Assembly: GCF_963921235.1 (NCBI RefSeq)
Contig: NC_086118.1
Coordinates: forward strand, 12,898,001 to 12,962,000
Reading direction: 5' to 3'
Source: Mobula hypostoma
Taxonomy: Eukaryota
DNA length: 64,000 nucleotides
The notes under the pieces were generated by a model. It worked only from the letters and a program-made list of their open reading frames with translations, did not search any database and was not told the origin of the DNA. A program made the position numbers and the translations under genes. This document shows positions 23,885-36,354 of this stretch, in pieces. Positions within the stretch are counted from its first letter, which is position 1. The number at the start of each line of letters is the position of its first letter.

Positions 23885-25149
23885 CCGGCCTATGGTCAGA
23901 CCACACTAAGATCCCCTCCAGTTTGCCTACCAGCCCTGACTAGGAGTTGAGGATGCCATCGTCTACCTGCCGAACCATGTCTACGCCCACCTGGACAAGC
24001 CAGCGAGCACTGTGAGGATCATGTTTTTTGACTTCTCCAGTGCATTCAACACCATCCGCCCTGCTCTGCTGGGGGAGAAGCTGACAGCGATGCAGGTGGA
24101 TGCTTCCCTGGTGTCATGGATTCTTGATTACCTGACTGGCAGACCACAGTACGTGTGCTTGCAACACTGTGTGTCTGACAGAGTGATTAGCAGCACTGGG
24201 GCTCCACAGGGGACTGTCTTGTCTCCCTTTCTCTTCACCGTTTACACCTCGGACTTCAACTACTGCACAGAGTCTTGTCATCTTCAGAAGTTTTCGGATG
24301 ACTCTGCCATAGTTGGATGCATCAGCAAGGGAGATGAGGTTGAGTATAGGTCTACGGTAGGAAACTTTGTCACATGGTGTGAGCAGAATTATCTGCAGCT
24401 TAATGTGAAAAAGACTAAGGAGCTGGTGGCAGACCTGAGGAGAGCTAAGGTACCGGTGACCCCTGTTTCCATCCAGGGGGTCAGTGTGGACATGGTGGAG
24501 GATTACAAATACCTGGGGATTCGAATTGACAATAAACTGGACTGGTCTAAGAACACTGACGCTGTCTACAAGAAGGGTCAGAGCCATCTCTATTTCCTGA
24601 GGAGACTGTGGTCCTTTAACATCTGCCGGACGATGCTGAGGATGTTCTACGAGTCTGTGGTGGCCAGTGCTATCATGTTTGCTGTTGTGTGCTAGGGTAG
24701 CAGACACCAACAGAATCAACAAACTCATCCGTAAGGCCAGTGATGTTGTGGGGATGGAACTGGACTCTCTCACGGTGGTGTCTGAAAAGAGGATGCTGTC
24801 TAAGTTGTATGCCATCTTGGGCAATGTCTCCCATCCACTACATAATGTACTGGGTGGGCACAGAACTACATTCAGCCAGAGACTCATTCCACCGAGATGC
24901 AGCACAAAGCGTCATAGGAAGTCATTCCTGCCTGTGGCCATCAAACTTTACAACTCCTCCCTTAGAGGGTCAGACACCCTGAGCCGATAGGCTGGTCCTG
25001 GACTTATTTCATAATTTATTGGCATAATTTACATATTATTATTTAACTATTTATGGTTGTATTACTAATTATTATTTATGGTGCAACTGTAACGAAAACC
25101 AATTTCCCCTGGGATCAATAAAGTATGACTATGACTATGACTATGACTG
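23885..25149 (+). mobile_element. 5'-truncated Rex1/Babar LINE, fairly young
   Basis: RT 24012-24695 with FFDFSSAFNTI, GAPQGTVLSPFLF, KFSDD and YKYLG. AATAAA followed by an (ATGACT)n tail. Confidence 0.92.
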
Positions 25150-25650
25150 ACTCTGCCCGCGTAAATATTTATCATATATACAGTGGTGTCCATCTAGTCA
25201 TATAATATTGCTGTATTTGAACAACAGATTAAACATGCAATCAACAGCATGCTCTCCATATCGTACTGCCCTGGCTTGTGTACTGACTTGTGTATCACAT
25301 AGGCAGCTGGGACTCAACATGCATGGCCAATTCTGACCAATGGAGGGCTCAGGAAACATGAAATGAAGTCAGAATGTTACTAAGATATCCTAATGAACAC
25401 ATATCGAAATAGACACCATCGATGAACCAATAGAATTCAAACATCAACTGAAGGAGTAGCCAATCAGGACCAAGGCAAGTGAACAGAAAGCACCTACTCT
25501 CAGAGAGAAACACCAACAACTATGCACTGAGGATGTCACCTCGACTGCTGATGAAATGTCTGCAAGCTACGTGCCAAGTTCGGCTAACAACACAGCATCA
25601 AACACATCAACCCAAGCTATCAATATTCACCACCGTCTTAAACATCCTAA
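25150..25650 (+). mobile_element. Second Penelope-like family remnant with hammerhead motif
   Basis: TGCA-CTGAGGA-TGTCACC...GCTGAT-GAAA-TGTC-TGCA at 25523-25564, preceded by decayed GIY-YIG C-terminal-like sequence. Confidence 0.55.
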
Positions 25651-26549
25651 TGATGCCTAAAGTATTAAATCATATTCAGTTGCAAGTTTTCCCCTCCGAT
25701 CCAAACAGGATAAAATATAGATACGTTGAGTAATTAACAAACATAGAGTGAGTCACTGCTATGTAATGAAGGTACATTTAGTGATGATTGAGTAGTTCAC
25801 GCAATTTCAATTTATCACTTAGGAATCATACTTAATTGCTCTTTTGAACTTAATAAATCATATCCTTACGCTTATATTGACCTTTATGTGCTCTCGACTG
25901 CTTCCAGCTGGTTGATCACTGGTTTAATGCCACAGCTTCAGTAACTTTAACGTGTCACATGATGCTTCCGTAAACTGTTTCAGCTGATTTGACATGGGCT
26001 GGCCAGGACACTAAGAAGCTCTTGTTACTCTGCGTCTATCTCAACCCCCTCCAAAACACCGTGACCTACCGTAGAAATGGAGTGGCCCCCTCTTCCAGTG
26101 TATTACCAAAGTGGCTTGCAGCAGGCAGAAAAATAGTTGAAGAGACCACTGGGGTGTAAAAATTGATTGCATTCAAATATCTTACAATGAACATAGAAAA
26201 TTAGTTGGGAGCGGGTTGGAGGGTAGTATGGGTCTTCTCAATCATATTTACCTTCTTGCCCATGACCTCACCAAAGATTTTCCTGCTTGAGTGATCCAAC
26301 CTATTTCTTTTTTTCTCTTTTTGTACTATTTACTGGGAGTAAGAGTTAGCAGGATGCCACCGGCATGTGGGCCGAGCCCAAGGCCCACACCAGGAACTGT
26401 CCGGGCTTTGCCCTGCTGCCTGCCACAGCACAGGAGTCCATGGTTTGGGTCAGGGTTGTGGTGGCCCTGAAGGGGTCTTGGGCTGAACACCTCGCACTGA
26501 CGCTACATTTGCCCACAAAAACTCTGGATGAGAGTGACAAGAACAAGAA

Positions 26550-26758
26550 GAGTCATCAGGGCTCAGAGTGGTGGGTGCGTGGAATGCACTGCCAGAGAAG
26601 GTGGTAGAATTGGATACAATAGGGTCTTTTAAGAGACTTTTATATAGGTAGATGAAGCTTAGAAAAATAGAGGGCTATGCACTAGGGAAATTCTACATGG
26701 CCAGCACAACATTGTGGGCCGAAGGGCCTGTAACGTGCTGTAGATTTCTATGTTTCTA
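26550..26758 (+). mobile_element. CR1 3' end fragment
   Basis: CAGAGTGGTGGGTGCGTGGAATGCACTGCC..., ending in a TTTCTATGTTTCTAT tail. Confidence 0.8.
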
Positions 26759-26759
26759 T

Positions 26760-29700
26760 TGCCCGGTCTGTGACAATAGTTGGGGAACTGGGACCATCTG
26801 GCAATAAATTGGCTGCCATAAGTGGATGAGACTGGATAACATGAAATAATGGAATGCTACTTCAACAGCAACCCACATGAAAGAGAATAATTCAAGTATA
26901 TGTGGGGACTCTGGCAACAATGAAGACCATCGTCCACATTCATGAAAATACAACTAGTTACCCAGTGATCAAAATTGTCAACAGAGGATTGCTATCACAT
27001 CTTGAATTGGATGACATATAATCACAATGCACCACAGCAACATTACCGCAGAACTGAGCTGATCAGGAAACACGAGTTCGAACCCCACCTCCACAACTCA
27101 CAGCTGGCACAAAGGTAATAGCATCAGCTTGTACACAGAAAATGCAAGCTCGAACATCACCTCGGGGCATATCGACGCTGGCTGCTGCAATCAGGGAGAA
27201 TATCATAGCTAAACCAGTGATTGTCAATCAATGAACTCAGCCTCCGCAGACTTAGTGATAAAATTGCATCAGACATCATGCTAGAAGCAGCCAGTGAAGC
27301 ATTACTCACAGTTGCAACCTCCAACATAACTGACACCAATAACCTGATATATGCATATATTAGATTAGATTAGATTAGATTATGAGGACACGCAGTCCTC
27401 TTTTATTGTCATTTAGTAATGCATGCATTAAGGATTGATACAATATTCCTCCGGTGTGATATCACAGAAACACAGGTCAGACCAAGACTGAAAAACTAAC
27501 AAAAAACACATAATTATAACATATAGTTACAACAGTGCAACAATACCATAACTTGATGAAGAACAGGCCATGGCACAGTAAAAAAGTTCAAAGTCTCTCG
27601 AATGTCCCACATCTCACGCAGACGAGAGAAGGAAGAAAACTCTCCCTGCCATGCCCGACCACAGTCTGACTCTGAGTCGTCCGAAAACTTCGAGCTCTGA
27701 TCAGCCCTCCGACACCGAGCACCGAGCACCATCTCTATCTGAACGCTTCAACCTCCGCCTTGGTTGCCAGTAGCAGGCAAAGCCGGGGATTTTGGGGCCT
27801 TCCCTCCGGAGATTCTCGATCGCACAGTAGCAGCAGCAGCGAACCGGGCATTTCAGAAATTTCTCCAGATGTTCCTCTGTGCTTTCACGTCTGTCTTCAT
27901 CAAATCAGAATTGTCCATGGCCCACATTTAACAGATACAATATCATTTCACCGGAGAGCTGCACGTACTGTTTCGCACTGCCATCTTCTCCCACTGAGAT
28001 TCCAGAAATGCTGAGGTACAAAATGAAATATGGTGGAGAGTACAGTCGTAAACCCCCGAAGAAGATGATTGGAAGCCAAGATGAAAACCATAAGTGCAGG
28101 GGTCAGCAGACTAACTGGGCTGCAGAATGGTGTGAAGATCAAAGACTCATTTTGGCTACTAAAGAAGTACAGAGGTACGTCCATAGCCAAAGACCTGGAA
28201 ACTGCCAAGTAACAGTTAACAGCTCTGGCTACCAGACTACAGAGGTACACTAAGGATGAAGAGGCCAAGCGAATAATGGCACTCTTCTCCAAAGAACCAG
28301 GAAAAGTATGTGCACAGTTTCAGAGTAATAACATGCCAGTACTTGAACCAAGCAAAACAGCAACTGAGGAGTACTGGAAAAGTATATGGGAGAAAGAAGC
28401 ATTGGCTGAAAGACCTACAAGCAAACCTCTGCAACCTCCCAGAGGAAGAACCAGTCACCATCACAGCAGTAGATGTCCAGCAGCGGGTAGCAAGTATGAA
28501 ACCCTGGATATCACCAGGGTCTGACATAATCCGCACCTATTGGCTGAAAAGAAACAAACAGCATTACATACACGGCTGGCAACTTCAGTGAACCAGCAGC
28601 TTGAAGCAGCCTCCCATCTCGATTGGCTAACTCAAGGAAGGACGGTATTTATAATGAAGTTCCACAAAAAAGAGCAACACCATCAAACTACCAGCCTATA
28701 ACCTGCCTGGCAACAGCATGGAAGCTCCTATCAGGCATCGTAGCCACCAAGCTGAAGGAATATGTCTGCTCACGGGATTAATGGTAGACAAAATGAACAT
28801 GCAAGACTCCAAGACCAGGCAAATCAACCTAAGCACAGCCTGCCTCGACTACCAGAAAGCATACAACTCAATGCCCCACACATGCATCCTGGAATGCCTG
28901 TCTTTGTACAAGGTCAACAAGACACTAAAGACCTTCATCAAGAACTCAGTTGGCCTTTGAAGGAGAATGCTAGTAGTTAACTCAAAGCCAATAGCACAAG
29001 TATCTATCAGGTATACCAGGATGATGCACTATCCCCACTGCTGTTCTGCACAGGCTTGAACCCCCCTCAGCCAGATAAACTCAAAGAGTGGATATGGATA
29101 CAGGTTCTAGAGTGGAGTGACAATCAGTCACCTCCTGTACATGAATGACATCAAGCTGTATGCCAGAAATGAAAAAGACATTGACTCACTAATCCACCTG
29201 ACAAAGGTGCACAGCAGAGATACTAGGATGGGATTTGGATTGGAAAATTGCAGCCAGATGGTAATGAAAAGAGGCAAATTCATCAAGACTGAAGGAGTCA
29301 TGTTATCTGATGGTCACACACAAGCTGTACGGGACAGCTACAAATACCTGGGGATCCTGCAGGCACATGGAAGCCATGATGAGGACACAAGGAAGGCTAC
29401 AGCATCCAAGTACCTCCAAAGAGTGAGATATCCCAAAAAACTGCTGCATGGGAAGAACATGATCAGAGACCGTCAATACATTTGCCCTACCAGTCATCAG
29501 ATACCCAGCTGCAATAGTGTGCTGGCCAAGGAAGCTGCTGACATCAAGACCCAGAAACCACTATCAATACATGGAAAGTTCCACCCAACATCCAACTTTG
29601 AGTGACTGTACATCCACCAGAATAAAGAGAGATGAGGACTTGAAACTGTCAAGGCCACAGTCCTGGAAAAAAGGCAAAACATCCACGAGTATATCAGGAA

Positions 29701-30608
29701 CATGGCCCCTAAAGACTACCTGCGAGGAGAATAGCCCAGACAGCAGGCAGGGGACATGAAAGTGGGTGAAGCAGAGCCAGAGGCCATGGCAGGAAAGCCA
29801 CTGCACGGGATGTGCCATCACCAGATACCAGAGGTGGCTGACATAAGAAAGTCCTGCCAATGGTTGGAAACGGCAGGGCTGAGGGACAACACAGGTGAGC
29901 TCCTCATGGCTGCACAGGAACTGGCACTGAGCACAAGAGCAATAGGAGCAGGGACTATCACTCCAGACGAGACTTCAGATGCAGACTTTGCAAGGAATCT
30001 GCTGAAACCATCCAGCACGTAGTAGCAGGATGCAAGATGCAAGGACAGCATACACTGAACAGCACAGCCCTGTTGCTGACATTGCGTACAGGAACATCGG
30101 TGCTGAGTATGGATTGGACCCTCCCAAGTCCAAATGGAAAACACTCAAGAAGGCAGTGGAGAATGACAGATCTAAGATCCTGTGGGACTTTCAAATACAG
30201 ACTGATAAGCAGGTACTGACCAACCAACCAGACACAGTAACACTGAACAAGGAACAGAAGAAAGCAATGGTAGTAGATGCTCTAATCCTGAGTAACAGTA
30301 ACATCAGAAAGAAAGAATATGAGAAACTGGAGAAACACCAGGGCTTGAAAGAGCAGATAGAAAGGATGTGGAAGGTTAAAGTCAGAGTGATCCCAATGGT
30401 GATAGGAGCACTTGGAGCTGTGACACCTGGATTTAGAGAGTGGCTCCAATGAATCCTGAGAATGACATCTGAGATCTCAGTCCAGAAGAATGCACTAGGA
30501 ACAGCAAGGATACTACGCTAAACCCTCAAGCTCCCAAACCTTTGGTAAAGGACCCAAGATTGAGGGAAAAATGCACATACACACCACCCATTAGGGGTGA
30601 GAAAAAAA
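26760..30608 (+). mobile_element. R4/Dong/Rex6-like non-LTR retrotransposon (RT + restriction-like endonuclease), degenerate
   Basis: DYQKAYNSMPH and ISHLLYMNDIKLYA (RT). KILWDFQIQTDKQVLTNQPD...KEYEKLEKH...VIPMVIGALG (REL endonuclease). Many frameshifts. Confidence 0.85.
27360..27990 (-). mobile_element. ~630-bp non-coding non-autonomous retroposon with (CTAAT)n tail, inserted in the R4 element
   Basis: Starts AAGATGGC on the minus strand and ends AATAAA...(CTAAT)4. A homologous copy lies at 48987-50175. Confidence 0.75.
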
Positions 30609-33600
30609 CATATATAGATATATTTGCTGCAATTCAGTTTTTTTCTGATATATATTGCATTGTGCTGCTGCAACGAAGTTAACAAATTTCACGACATATG
30701 CCAGTGTTATTAAACCCGATTCTGATTCTGATAATGGTGCGACCAGATTGCTGAGGATCTCTGTTGGGAAGCATGTTTGCCTCTGCGGCCTGCCAGAGTA
30801 ACAGGAGAGAGCAGAACCCCAGGGACCCTTTGGAATACAGTAACTGCAAACTGAGTGGAACAGAAAGTGCAAAAGCAAGCGAACAAACTGGCCAGAGGAG
30901 CACATTCAAAGGCAATCAATATAGGACAGAATTATTATGCTTTATTATGCTGTTTTCCCAATCCTTTGCTAAAATTGTGGCAGAAGCACCAAGGATAACA
31001 ATGTTATTGACTAAAGATCTCATTCTCTTTTCTCCACTGATTTCCCACTGATGACTGTGGAGAGATTAGGAGAAATTCAGTGGAAGTATATGATTTCTTA
31101 AGGGCCTCTTTAAGTTTTCAGTTGCTTTCACCCAGCTGTTAACATCCACAATCACCCAGTTTATACACCCAGAATCGTTATGCCTACTATAATGGTAGAA
31201 CTCAGTGCAAATTCAGTGAATTTTGGGAGATTTAAAAGTGGTACATTACCATGAGTGATTCTGATGAAGTAAATAAAATTTGTCTTTGGTACTAGAGAAA
31301 ATATATAAATGATAATTGAGGCGGATGACAGACAGGTATTAGATACAGAAAGAACTGAGGCTAGATTTGCAATAATGTCAGGCATTGAAGTTTATGATTC
31401 AGAATTCACTACTTAGAATGGTGATCAAAACAAAATTTTGAAATAAAAGTGCATTGTATATAAACCTATGGTTCTTACCAGATACCGTATCAAAGATGTG
31501 GCATATGGTGTCATTCTGCACCATGAAGTTTTATAACATGCATAATGTCTTCTTCACTGTTTGTTTTGCTTTAATTGTTTCCAGTTCACTCTTCAGTATC
31601 ACAATTGGAATTATGTTTTGAAGTCAGTGCATTTTTCTTGTGTTTTACTTTAAAAAATATTTAGGTTGTGTTATTTCACAATAAAATAAAACATATAAAA
31701 ATGTGTTCAGTGTCTAGGATGCACTGTGGTTGTAACATAATATCACTGGTTGGGACTTTGTCCTAGCCACTCAGCAGGAAGGTTAAGTGGATTCATCATA
31801 CGCTTGTCATACTTTTATTCACTTTAAACCTTTATAGGAGGTAACCACTTGGAAAATTTTTCCCACCTGTTCTGAAGTTACAGCCCATACAAAAAGCCTA
31901 CTTGGGAGAACCTACTGGTTGTTGATGGAGGAACAGCTTCTTGGAGCTGTTCCTATATTACTTACTTTGCTGATTCCAACCTCTTTTGAAATCTTACTTT
32001 TAAACGTAATATTGTTATTATGAGGGGGCTAAAGCTACTAAAAAAGAATAGCACCTTCCAGCAACTTTGGAATCTATTATGGAGATGCTTCAGAAACATA
32101 AAAAAGAATGTTCTGAGGAGTTCCAGCAGAGGTTCCGGCAACTAAACGCTGAGATTTAAAAAACTGATGTATAATTGGATTCTAGTCAAAAAACCTTAAT
32201 TGAACATGATAAACAATTACGGGAGAATGAAGATACTCTGATGATTTTGGACACAAAAATTGAAGACCTGCAGAAGCTTTGTGAAAAACAGTCAAAGTCT
32301 AATGAAAAATTAAGACAGAAGATTATCGCCTTAGAAAACAGAAGTAGAAGAAACAATCTATGAATTCTGGACCTTGATGAGTTAATGGAAGGAAATCAAC
32401 CTGCGGAATTCTTTGCAAACTTCTTGGCAAAATTATTTCCTACAATTTTAAAATCTCCACCTAAGATCGATCAAGCCCATAGATCACTTGTGCCCAGACC
32501 TGGCATAGGAGAGAGACCTTGATCAGTGATGATCTGTCTTCATGATTTTCAAATGAAAGAACTTTTAATTCGTGAATCCTGTTGAAGAGGTATGATGATT
32601 ACAACGGTCAGAAGATCAGAATTATTGAGGATTTTTCACCTGAGGTGATGAACGAGCTCTTCAAGTTTTAAAAGGTTATGTCAGAACTGTATAACAAAGG
32701 TTTTTAACCATCTCTCCATTATCCTGCTTGGCTGAGAAATATTTTGAGAGATGGTTCTCAGAAATGGCTCCGTTCAATACAGGATGCTCAAAAATGTTTG
32801 CAATCAAGTGTCTAGCTGTTTAATATCTTCCTATATGATTAATTGCTTCTTTTACTTTTGATATACCTTTGCAGCTAACTCTCTTTTTGAACTCTTTAAT
32901 GTTTTATTTAGATAATAAGATTTAATGAGTTAATACTCTGTGTATTAATATGTTTTGAACTTCAATGGGTCTTTTTCAATATTTTATATTATACTTATTT
33001 TTTGAGGTTTTTTTTCTTTCAATCCAGTTTAGTTTGCTCTGTCTCATGTTTTGTCTTGGTTGGAATCTAGTTAACCTTGAAAATTTATTTGGAGCTATGC
33101 TGGTAGGCTTTTTTTTGGGGTGGGTAATGTCTTTAGGTTTAGCTGTCGACTGTCTATTGGTCGACTTTCTTTGGATGGTGCATGGGGGGGTTAGGGGACA
33201 TTTTTTCTGTAAGCTGTTTTGGTCTCTTAGCCACATTTGTTGCCTAGTTACTCTATCTCAAAGTTAATTGTTTGGATTTAATATATATTCCAGTTCTTAC
33301 TATTCTAACCTGTCTTTTTAAGTGATATTAAAAATAGATAATACTATTAATTTACTTAGTTTTAACATGAAAGGATTAAATTACCCCGTGAAACATAATA
33401 AGATATTTCCCTGTATTAAAAAAACTTAAGGTCCCAATTATTTTTTTACAAGAAACTCATATTCGTAATTGTGACAATTTATGCCTCTTCAGTCGTTGGA
33501 AAGGACTTCAATTTCATTCCTCCTTTCAGGATAAGTTTTGATTTTTATAGATACTACAGTTTCTTTTGTTCAACATAAAGTAGTGTCTAATACCAACGGC

Positions 33601-36182
33601 GTTTTGTTGTAGTATCAGGAAAATTAGATTATAAATTAATGGTATTTGCTAACTTGTATGCGCTGAATATAGATGATCCAGGGTTCTTTGAGAGTTTTTT
33701 TCAGTTTTACCAGATTTAGGTCTTTACTCACTGGTTTTTGGCAGAGATTTTAACTATGCTTAGACCCAGTTTTAGATTGGTCCTCTGCTAAACCAGCGAC
33801 ACTTCGTAAATATCCCTAGTTTATTCAAACTTTTCTAATGAAATGTGATATTGTTGATGTCTGGTGTTTCTTACATCCAATAGATAAGGAGGACTCGTTT
33901 TTTTTCCCATGTTCATCATATGTATTTCAGGATTGATTGTTTTTTTTTATTGATAGTCAAATGATTCCACTAGTTCGATTCTGTGAATATAAAAGGATTG
34001 CTGTTTCAGATCATGCTCCTGTGTTTTTATCTTTAAATCTCCCTGGTCTTCCTCAAATAAACAGATTTTGGGATTTTAATCTAACTTCCCGATCAGATAA
34101 GGATTTTTAAAAATTTTTGGAGAGACAAATTACTCTTTTTTTTAAAGAGAATACGCGGGAAGAGACTGCTAGTCTTATTATATGAAATGCCTTTAAGGCT
34201 TATGTCAGAGGACAAATTATTCCTTATACTGCAAATGTTAAGAAAAAACCTAATAAAGAGAGAATTGAACTAGCTAATCAGTTTAAACAATTAGATCAAA
34301 AATATCCCTTGGCTCCAGAACCTGCTTTATATAAAAGGTGTGTTAAATAAGGTGTATAAAATATGATCTTCTTTTAACATATCCAATTGAAGCTCAACTT
34401 CTAAAAGATAAAAGTCAATTTTATATTCATGGAGACAAAACAGGTAAATTACTGGCTAACCAATTAAAAACCTTTATAGTTAAATGACAAATTAAAGAAA
34501 TTTGTAAAGCTAATGGTGATAGGACAACTGGCCATACAGAAATAAATGATACCTTTAGAGAATTTTATTCTAAACTTTATAGTTCTGATCCTCCTAAGGA
34601 TAATACTGTAATGAATAACTTCTTAGACCAATTAGACATCCCTACACTTTCTGATGATAACCGAAAACAGTTGGATCAACCTATTTCTCAAGAGGAAATT
34701 GCCGAGGCTGTATGTTCATCGCACTCGGGGAAGGCTTCGGGTCCTGATGGATTTTCTGGACATTTTATAAAGCTTTTTTTCTCACTGCTTCTACCTCATT
34801 TATATTCAGTTCTTTCAGACTCCTTTAAGTTGGGTAGGTTGCCACAATCTTTTTATGAAGCTTCTATTTTGCTTATTCTTAAAAAGAATAAGAATCCAAC
34901 TGAATGCTATTCATATAGACTTATCTCCTTACTTAATGTTGATATTAAAATCTTATCTAAAGTTCTGGCTCGTAGGATTGAAAATATTTTACCTTCTATC
35001 TTTTCTGATGATCAGACTGGATTTATTAAAAATCGATATTCCCATTTTAATATTTGTCATTTAGTAAATGCTATTTATTCTCCTTCTAAAGAGATATCAG
35101 AATGTATGATATCCTTAGATGCTGAGAAAGCTTTTGATCGGGTTGAATGGAATTATTTATTCAAAACCTTAGAAAAGTTTAATTTTGGGCCCGATTTTAT
35201 TCAATGGATTAAATTACTTTATTTATCTCCTTCTGCTCGGGTTCTTACTAACTCTCAGAATTTCAAACCAATTAAACTTTAACGTGGAAAAAAAAATTTC
35301 AATTAGTTAGTACTTCTTCTATATGTTGTTACGTACCCCGTAACTGGGTTGCCAAACCAGCAGAAGTGGATCACTCAGTTGGAGTCTGGAGTACTAGAAC
35401 TAAGAAAGTTTTATTAAAGAAACAAGCAACACAGTAATCGAAAGGATAATAAATGCAACAATTCAACAATGATAACCACACATGTGCACAGAATTAAGAT
35501 AACAGCATCAATCAAGCTCTATCGTTGTCTAGGGGTAAATGACCAATTTCAAAATGACTCAAAGTTCAGTCCAGTTAGTAGTTCAGTTCGCAGTAATCGT
35601 TGCCATGGCGATGGACAAGGTGGGGGAAGAGAGACAGAGAGAACAGGAACAACTCATCATTCAGCACAGCTTCACTCACAGACCAGCGAGATTGCTCACG
35701 AGCAACTTTTGGGCGGGTCCTTGGTGATGTCACCTGAGGTCACCGACTGTTACCCCTCCTCCAGATGCGGTCGATCCTCTGCAGTGAACCCGGCACCCAG
35801 GCAAGGGCGGACACACACCGGGTTCCCGCTGATCGTACCTTTCCACCCTTGTCGTTGTCTGATACTTCTCACCCACTCGTGAGAGACGCACCACTTCCAG
35901 GGTCTCGTTACCTCGGGTGGCGTGTCTGTCTTAGCGAACCTGTCCCTTTTTATCCCCCTGCTGGGGTATCGCCTGTCCATCACTTCAAACAGTTCAGGGT
36001 TCAAAGGGGGAGCCGCTCCAGACAGCTCTCTCTCTCCCGTTCCTTCATTACACATCTCCAGACGCTGCTCCATTGTTCCTTATCTCTCCTTCCCCTGAGG
36101 GCAGGTGGCAGACCAATTGCTGATGCCACTGATGCTAGCCCAGGCCAGCAAACATCTTAATTTTATGTGTATTCTCGTAACA

Positions 36183-36195
36183 CTTCCCCCCTTTA
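36183..36195 (-). promoter_or_regulatory. Polypurine tract
   Basis: TAAAGGGGGGAAG immediately before the 3' LTR. Confidence 0.85.
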
Positions 36196-36354
36196 AGGAT
36201 TTTTACCGGGAGGTAAAAATTACAAACATGACTACATTATCTGATACATACACAATATACATCTTTAACAGTTATTTAGCTAATACAGAGAATTTGAAGC
36301 TGTCAACACCTTGACAGACAGTCATCACATTTTCTGTTCCTTTTACACGTGTTA

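Noticed and set aside
26345..26550. GC-rich patch with short ORFs
   Set aside because: No recognisable protein or splice signals. It may be the 5' part of the adjacent R4 element.
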